The notes under the pieces were generated by a model. The model saw nothing but the letters and a program-made list of their open reading frames with translations, was not told the origin of the DNA and made no database searches. A stretch of 12,334 nucleotides of DNA from Candidatus Calditenuaceae archaeon HR02 (GTDB taxonomy: Archaea; Thermoproteota; Nitrososphaeria_A; Caldarchaeales; Calditenuaceae). This document shows positions 8,055 through 12,334 of the stretch, piece by piece. Each line of letters begins with the position of its first letter. The stretch's first letter is position 1. The stretch covers positions 1 through 12,334 of the forward strand of contig BEHE01000028.1 of the NCBI GenBank assembly GCA_002898395.1, written 5' to 3'. The position numbers were made by a program, and so were the translations under genes.

Positions 8055-8483
8055 TGACTTTTCATAGATTCCAGTTGGGGGATATCTCGCTATGCTGGCG
8101 CGGCCGAAGCCTGATGGTGTAGGTGTCCGGCGTCTCTTTGGCTTTCCTGACAACCCTCACGGTGGAGTGGCTCTCATACAGGCGGATGTGGATAGAGTCT
8201 AAGAGAGATGCATACATGACGTATGTCTATCCCAAGACTATAAGAAGTTCTTAAAGAAGATCGGAACATCGATACTCAGGAAGCAGCATCTCATAGAATT
8301 ATCAACAAAAGCAATATGGTATTACATGGATGAGATAGGAGAGAGGAAGGACTGGTGGAAGATTTGTGAGATGCTACGGATAGCTATCGGCAGGAGAATG
8401 AAGCGCAAAGGAAAACCCAACCCCTCCCCCTTTTCTTCCTCCTTGTTACTTGCCTACCACAGTATTTGATGTATTCATAAAGA
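8055..8483 (+). repeat. Repeat copy A: diverged ~0.43 kb segment homologous to 11977-12334 (inverted); decayed coding remnant abutting the 3' end of tRNA-Thr
   Basis: Collinear blocks were matched by hand. 8074-8090 matches rc 12301-12315. 8329-8363 matches rc 12092-12126 (30/35 identical). 8394-8434 matches rc ~12020-12063. Only a broken reading frame is present (open 8203-8466, stop codon 8467-8469, no start before 8326). Confidence 0.5.
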
Positions 8484-8557
8484 AGCCTCGGGCGGGATTT
8501 GAACCCGCGACCCCCGGCTTACCAAGCCGGTGCTCCACCCGGCTGAGCTACCGAGGC
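8484..8557 (-). tRNA. tRNA-Thr(GGT)
   Basis: The reverse complement folds as GCCTCGG TA GCTC AGCCGGGTG GAGC A CCGGC TTGGTAA GCCGG GGGTC GCGGG TTCAAAT CCCGC CCGAGGC T. It is 74 nt with perfect stems, U73, no CCA and no intron. Confidence 0.9.
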
Positions 8558-8789
8558 GCACACCTATCGTTTGAAGACCGTGAATTTAGCTATTAAGGAT
8601 TTTATAGCGAAATTTTATGGATAAGAATGTTCGAGGAAGCATGGCTGGTGGGAGAGTATATGGCACTGGCATTTTGCCATGGTCGAAAGACTGGTGCTTT
8701 ACTAAGTTATTATCAGCGGTTTGCGAATCTGTTCAGGAGGGGTGGACACACTTATGAGCGGCTTGGGTTTAACTGAGTTAGTTGGAGCT

Positions 8790-8830
8790 GCGGCCGTGGT
8801 CTAGCCTGGACTAGGACGTGGGCTTTCCGA
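8790..8830 (+). tRNA. 5' piece (positions 1-38) of an interrupted/split tRNA-Gly(UCC) gene
   Basis: GCGGCCG TG GTCT AGCCTGGACTA GGAC G TGGGC TTTCCGA, after which the tRNA-like sequence ends in A/T-rich DNA. The partner piece is at 11943-11976. Confidence 0.8.
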
Positions 8831-8879
8831 GCGAATATAGATACAATCAAGTATAAGTTACTCGTAATACCTGTTGCAA

Positions 8880-8884
8880 TTTTT
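8880..8884 (+). terminator. T5 tract ~50 nt downstream of the tRNA-Gly 5' piece
   Basis: TTTTT could terminate a separately transcribed 5' half. The region is A/T-rich, so this may be chance. Confidence 0.25.
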
Positions 8885-8943
8885 AGAGAAATATAATAAG
8901 TTAAGTAATGAGAAAGTAAGAAAGTAATATCATTTGAAAACTT

Positions 8944-8953
8944 AAAATAAAAA
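8944..8953 (-). terminator. oligo-T terminator after the LAGLIDADG gene
   Basis: The minus strand reads CCCTTTTTATTTT starting ~10 nt after the TAA stop at 8963-8965. Confidence 0.4.
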
Positions 8954-8962
8954 GGGAGTGGG

Positions 8963-9814
8963 TTAGGTCGGGTTGTTTGTTATGGCTTGTAACAATTGCT
9001 GTAATCGTATCCTCTTCTTGTCTACTGTAAATCCAATTATCGCAGCGTATCTGCGAATATCTTCCTTGCGACAAATATGCAGTTCATATAATGCTTTCTT
9101 CGAAGTAATGTAACAATTTTCAGGCTCATAATAATGGCTTTTAAATCCGCCGTAGTAGATCCTTGAATATATGCCAAGCTGTTGTAAGAGATGTTTTATA
9201 TAGCGAAGTAGTTGAAGGTTTGTATTTGATATTTTTATTCTTTTCGTGCTAACTATCGGACCGCCTTCTGCGTCAGCGAATCCACGTATGAATGATTTTA
9301 CACATTCTTGGCAATGTTCTACGTATGGTATTATTGCTGAAATATCGTTGTGGTCTTTTACTCTCATACTAAGAAGGTAGAGTTCTCTACTGTATGCTCT
9401 TGCTAACCATGTTTCTTCAGACCTTATGTAATATGCTCTGTATGGTTTACTTCTCCCTAGAGCTACAGCAGCGGACCGAGCAAATTCTTCAGCAAATTCC
9501 TTATCCTTCACAGGTAAAAGGACCATGTACTTTTTCGCCTTTACTTCATAGTGTTTATATCCATCCCCTAAATATGCGCCAAGCGTGTATCCTGTCTCTG
9601 GACAATTTCTGAGTTTATTCAGTCTTTGATCAGATTTTGGTCTCCCTTTGCCATCATTCTTTGGTGTATGTATATGCCTTAGCCAGTAACTCAGCGTGGA
9701 CTTCGGGACATCTAAGCTATATTGTTGCTGGAGTATATTCCTTATTTCGTAATACGACGCCCCCTCTTTCCTTAATCTAAGTACTTCGTCATATATTTCT
9801 TCGTATTTTTTCAT
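8963..9814 (-). CDS. free-standing double-motif LAGLIDADG homing endonuclease with N-terminal helix-turn-helix domain
   Basis: Motif 1 is LGAYLGDGY. Motif 2 is IRGFADAEGG, ~99 aa later, giving D...E catalytic spacing as in single-chain enzymes such as I-DmoI. The N-terminal ~75 aa are HTH-like (GASYYEIRNILQQQYSLDVPKSTLSYWLRH). I place the start at ATG 9814 (MKKYEEIY) because GGGGAGGAGGA (SD-like) immediately precedes it. The ORF track extends to 9835. Confidence 0.85.
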   Translation of the reverse strand: MKKYEEIYDEVLRLRKEGASYYEIRNILQQQYSLDVPKSTLSYWLRHIHTPKNDGKGRPKSDQRLNKLRNCPETGYTLGAYLGDGYKHYEVKAKKYMVLLPVKDKEFAEEFARSAAVALGRSKPYRAYYIRSEETWLARAYSRELYLLSMRVKDHNDISAIIPYVEHCQECVKSFIRGFADAEGGPIVSTKRIKISNTNLQLLRYIKHLLQQLGIYSRIYYGGFKSHYYEPENCYITSKKALYELHICRKEDIRRYAAIIGFTVDKKRIRLQQLLQAITNNPT

Positions 9815-9929
9815 TCCTCCTCCCCTACAGTCCACTGTTACATTGAGTCTTTAGGAGTATAGCAGCTAAGAGGACCATGCATTTATTAGTCTTATTATAT
9901 TTATTATCCGAGATTTCACATATCTCTGT

Positions 9930-10862
9930 CTAGGCAGGGCCTTCATACGCCCCCATGGTAACGTGTTGGGGGAAGCGGCCGCTAGGCTGCGCGGCTCTGC
10001 CATGTAGAACTGTCATCAAAGTCGGAAACGCTAACTGTATTCGAAAGCACTCAGTAAAATTATCTGAAAACCAACTGGCCTCAGTGGAGTCGTTGATAGC
10101 AGTCTTTCCATCACTTGTTCCGAGTTCTCCTCCCGCGTCTTCTCCGGGACACCCTCTAGGCCTGCTCCGTTCACAGCGTGCTCCAAGCATATCTTCTAGC
10201 TCTTCACTATACGCTCCGGGAGCAGGATAGAGGTATCCGTTCACCAAAGACACGGAAGGATATCGGCCCTCATGTAGGAGATGCGTATGAGGCGCTGGCT
10301 TCGGGCCAGCGCAGCCATTATGGGAGCCTTTCACCCCAAGCTCCGGGCACCCTAAGGCTTACTAACCCTTCACCACCAACACACTCATACGCAGCGCCCC
10401 CATCGGGCCGGCCTCCCAGAGGCTCAGGCTAAAACTCCCAACGGCGAGAGCCGCCCAAGCGGAAGCCCAAGCCCAGAAGGCCCGACACAGAACCCGACCA
10501 CCCTCCGCCCGGACTCAAATATATTATCCGGGCGCCGCCAGCAAAGGTGGGAAATATATGATTCGCTCATCTTAATCAGTGCTGTCAACAGTGACCATAT
10601 CGGCCCTCCTGGAAGATGTGAGGGCCCTCAACATCTCCTCCCAGACGCCCAGCTCCTGCCAAAGCCTAAGCCTCCTCCAGGCCGTTTTGTAAGAACCGTA
10701 CTCAGCGGGCATGTCCATCCAGCGGCACCCAGTCGTCAGGACATAGAGTATGCCGTTCAGCACGCGCCTGTCATCAGCCCTAGGCCTACCACCCCTAGGC
10801 TTAGGAGGGAGAAGCGGCCTAATCAACTCCCACTCAAAGTCGCTAAGCTCCCTGAACTCCAA
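9930..10862 (-). pseudogene. decayed IS4/IS5-superfamily transposase (intact N-terminal DUF4096-like ORF 10572-10862; DDE part broken by stops and frameshifts)
   Basis: LSDFEWELIRPLLPPKPRGGRPRADDRRVLNGILYVLTTGCRWMDMPAEYGSYKTAWRRLRLWQELGVWE is the typical N-terminus of IS5/IS1031-like transposases. The ORF stops right at the first DDE aspartate region (VDSTD*). The downstream frames keep only faint transposase-like strings (e.g. GAYSEELEDML). G+C is much higher than in the flanking island DNA. Confidence 0.6.
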
Positions 10863-10887
10863 GCCGAAAACATATGACCTGAGAGAG

Positions 10888-10900
10888 CTTAAATAATTTT
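10888..10900 (+). promoter_or_regulatory. TATA-like box for the 10931 ORF
   Basis: CTTAAATAATTTT lies 31-43 nt upstream of the ATG at 10931. Confidence 0.35.
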
Positions 10901-10930
10901 GAGACGAGTTCTAAGATAAGAACTATCTGG

Positions 10931-11488
10931 ATGAATAGACCGCTCGCTTCCACTATTCTGTTGCTTATAGCAGGTGGCTTTTACATAATTGGTGGGTTCG
11001 TTGCAGCTAGCATAGTTGGGTGGCTTGGTGCTTTAACAGCCAGTCTAGGTGCTTCTGGAGTTGCACAGGAGGCGCAGGAGAGTGTTGTAATTGTCATATC
11101 TACTGGTTTTGTATCTGGAGGAGGTATTATTGTAGGTGCGCTCCTCGTTTGGACAGGAACTAGACGAAAGGTATTGATTGGTGGTATAATTGCACTAATC
11201 TTCAGCCTTATTGGTATAATAAACACTATTGGAGGTCTGATTGTAGGCTTAGTGTTAACTATAGTTGGAGCGGTCCTAGCATTCACATGGAAAGCTCATA
11301 ATGCTCATACAAGCTTAAGAACGAGCAACTATCATACATCCTCTAACTACATCAATACGCAGATAACAAAGAAGCTTAGAAACGTGCCAGATAGGTGCCC
11401 TAGATGTGGAGGATACAATATCGTAGGATACACGGGTATTTATGACTGCTTCGACTGCGGCTATAAGTTTGCTGAAGAACATGTCTAA
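10931..11488 (+). CDS. hypothetical Gly-rich 4-TM membrane protein with C-terminal zinc ribbon
   Basis: 185 aa with four hydrophobic Gly/Ile-rich helices, a polar linker, then CPRCGGYNIVGYTGIYDCFDCGYKF. I recognise no family. Confidence 0.55.
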   Translation: MNRPLASTILLLIAGGFYIIGGFVAASIVGWLGALTASLGASGVAQEAQESVVIVISTGFVSGGGIIVGALLVWTGTRRKVLIGGIIALIFSLIGIINTIGGLIVGLVLTIVGAVLAFTWKAHNAHTSLRTSNYHTSSNYINTQITKKLRNVPDRCPRCGGYNIVGYTGIYDCFDCGYKFAEEHV

Positions 11489-11796
11489 CGCTCTTGCCTC
11501 TCTAGTTCAGCAGCTAATAATGCTGCCTTCCATCGTGGTCGATTTTGCTAACGGATAATGTTTTCAGAAATGATGACTGAGTATCAATGAGAACCTTAAA
11601 AAAGATTATCTGAGATTCTTAGATATGGTCTTTGACAGTTAATGTACAATAAGGGCCTGTATTATTCTATTATTTCTATTCCCTCATCTTGGGCCTCATA
11701 GGGCCTGCTAGTTTAGGTAGTCCCATGAATATGCCAATAAACTATATGTAGTAGCATAAACTCTTCTAACTATGGACGCCTAACATTTATTATTAT

Positions 11797-11801
11797 AAAA
11801 A
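11797..11801 (-). terminator. oligo-T tract directly after the intact tRNA-Gly
   Basis: The minus strand reads TTTTTATAATAATAA immediately after the discriminator base. Confidence 0.4.
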
Positions 11802-11877
11802 TGCGGCCGGCGGGATTTGAACCCGCGATCGCTGGGTTGGAAACCCAGCGTCCTAGTCCAGGCTAGACGACGGCCGC
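11802..11877 (-). tRNA. tRNA-Gly(TCC), intact
   Basis: The reverse complement folds as GCGGCCG TC GTCT AGCCTGGACTA GGAC G CTGGG TTTCCAA CCCAG CGATC GCGGG TTCAAAT CCCGC CGGCCGC A. It is 76 nt with perfect stems and no intron. Confidence 0.92.
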
Positions 11878-11901
11878 TAGTTTAATTATTCTTTTATGGG
11901 A

Positions 11902-11910
11902 GTTATTTAG
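11902..11910 (-). promoter_or_regulatory. TATA-like box for the intact tRNA-Gly
   Basis: The minus strand reads CTAAATAAC at -33 to -25 relative to the tRNA 5' end. Confidence 0.4.
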
Positions 11911-11942
11911 GTTTCGCTCTATGATTATATGTAGTTATAGTG

Positions 11943-11976
11943 CCCAATACCCGGGTTCAAATCCCGGCGGCCGCAA
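11943..11976 (+). tRNA. 3' piece (positions 39-73) of the interrupted/split tRNA-Gly(UCC) gene
   Basis: GCCCA ATAC CCGGG TTCAAAT CCCGG CGGCCGC A. The anticodon-stem strand is complementary 5/5 to 8819-8823. The acceptor strand is complementary 7/7 to 8790-8796. It is followed by T-rich sequence (ATTTTAATAATTATGGCTTTTT). Confidence 0.8.
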
Positions 11977-12334
11977 TTTTAATAATTATGGCTTTTTCAA
12001 TGTGGTAAGTATGAGGGGATAAAGGGGGAGGGGGCGGGTTATCGTCTGCGCTTCAACATTCTCTTACCTACCCCATTTGTTGTTTTGGCTCATCTTCCAC
12101 CAATACTTCCCTTCTCCTATCTCGTCCACATAACGCCGTATCATCTTGTTGAGGGTTCGATACCCCCGCCGCTAGTAGTGGTGCATATAGTTAGGTGCCT
12201 TAAATACTCCCCAAAACACCAACAATACGTATACACAAAACAGGGCCAGATACAACACAAAGCAAAGAAAAAAACTCGTGAAGATAAATAAGCTATCCAG
12301 AGATATACCCCCGACGAGGGCTTAAAAGCCTCTA
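11977..12334 (-). repeat. Repeat copy B: inverted, diverged homologue of 8055-8483, abutting the 3' end of the tRNA-Gly 3' piece; runs off the window
   Basis: It shows the same collinear blocks as copy A. The minus-strand frame reads ...RRGYRTLNKMIRRYVDEIGEGKYWWKMSQ..., versus ...LSTKAIWYYMDEIGERKDWWKICEML... in copy A. Confidence 0.5.

Larger units (their letters stand above)
8831..11942. mobile_element. 3,112-bp mosaic insertion separating the two pieces of tRNA-Gly(UCC); carries a LAGLIDADG endonuclease gene, an IS relic, a membrane zinc-ribbon ORF and an intact tRNA-Gly(UCC)
   Basis: It is bounded exactly by the two complementary tRNA pieces. Composition differs from the housekeeping block in hand counts of 60-nt lines: 8881-8940 has 11/60 G+C, 9121-9180 has 24/60, the internal IS block 10441-10500 has 41/60, and 541-600 in a housekeeping gene has 37/60. 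Confidence 0.6.

Noticed and set aside
8491-8510. A 20-nt identity (GGCGGGATTTGAACCCGCGA) between tRNA-Thr (8491-8510) and the intact tRNA-Gly (11809-11828), considered as possible att direct repeats.
   Set aside because: It is exactly the T arm plus adjacent bases of two functional tRNAs on the same strand. This is ordinary T-arm conservation rather than integration-site duplication.
8617-8757. 46-aa ORF between tRNA-Thr and the tRNA-Gly 5' piece.
   Set aside because: It is below a credible size and has no motif. The only TATA-like box is 10 nt from the ATG, which is too close.
8901-8927. AAGTAA-rich mini-repeats (TTAAGTAA, GAAAGTAA GAAAGTAA) near the left junction.
   Set aside because: This is low-complexity A-rich sequence in an 18% G+C stretch, with too few copies and no regular spacers. 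It is not a CRISPR or a structured repeat.
9930-10432. Three overlapping ORFs (9930-10334 minus, 9955-10230 plus, 10178-10432 plus) as possible real genes.
   Set aside because: They mutually overlap on both strands in a G+C-rich block directly downstream of a truncated transposase N-terminus. They are better explained as frames through a decayed transposase gene.
11566-11620. C/D-box sRNA-like string: ATGATGA (11570-11576), CTGA (11577-11580), AATGAGA, CTGA (11610-11613), with flanking AGAA/TTCT.
   Set aside because: Box spacing is wrong for archaeal C/D sRNAs. There are 0 nt between C and D' and ~17 nt between C' and D, instead of ~12 nt guides.
8819-11947. A giant archaeal BHB intron containing a homing endonuclease ORF, by analogy with rRNA introns.
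   Set aside because: The endonuclease gene is antisense to the tRNA. The intervening DNA holds an independent tRNA gene and an IS relic. No bulge-helix-bulge could be drawn at the junctions.
12085-12291. 68-aa plus-strand ORF in repeat B, and the analogous 51-aa minus-strand ORF 8062-8217 in repeat A.
   Set aside because: In the best-conserved block, substitutions between the two copies fall on third positions of the opposite-strand frame. These ORFs are therefore probably antisense shadows of a decayed gene. I cannot fully exclude a small protein.

Overview
Archaeal (crenarchaeote/TACK-like) chromosomal window. Supporting signs are a Dpo4-type Y-family polymerase, mevalonate kinase, DUF211, tRNAs without encoded CCA, and A/T-rich TATA-like boxes about 25-30 nt upstream of start codons. 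Positions 1-8000 are a compact housekeeping block: the 3' end of an E1-like ThiF/MoeB gene with a ubiquitin-like tail, threonine dehydratase, a DUF211 + VIT1-like pair, DNA polymerase IV, mevalonate kinase, argininosuccinate synthase, an SCP2 protein, tRNA-Met(CAT), and a PRC-barrel/DUF4013 zinc-ribbon gene pair. Positions ~8050-12334 are a tRNA-centred accessory hot spot and hold the most interesting signal. A tRNA-Gly(UCC) gene is broken in its anticodon loop: the 5' piece is 8790-8830 and the 3' piece is 11943-11976, on the same strand. The 3,112 bp between them are compositionally mosaic. They carry a free-standing HTH-LAGLIDADG homing endonuclease gene, a decayed IS4/IS5-type transposase, a membrane zinc-ribbon protein, and a second, intact tRNA-Gly(UCC) that is inverted and has different stem sequences. 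My main hypothesis is a selfish cassette that destroys the resident tRNA-Gly and supplies a replacement. The alternative is a recently split, trans-spliced tRNA, but I could not fold a canonical bulge-helix-bulge by eye. This locus and the neighbouring tRNA-Thr(GGT) are each abutted at the tRNA 3' end by diverged, mutually inverted ~0.4 kb homologous segments. These look like relics of tRNA-targeting integrative elements. No CRISPR array or rRNA was seen.
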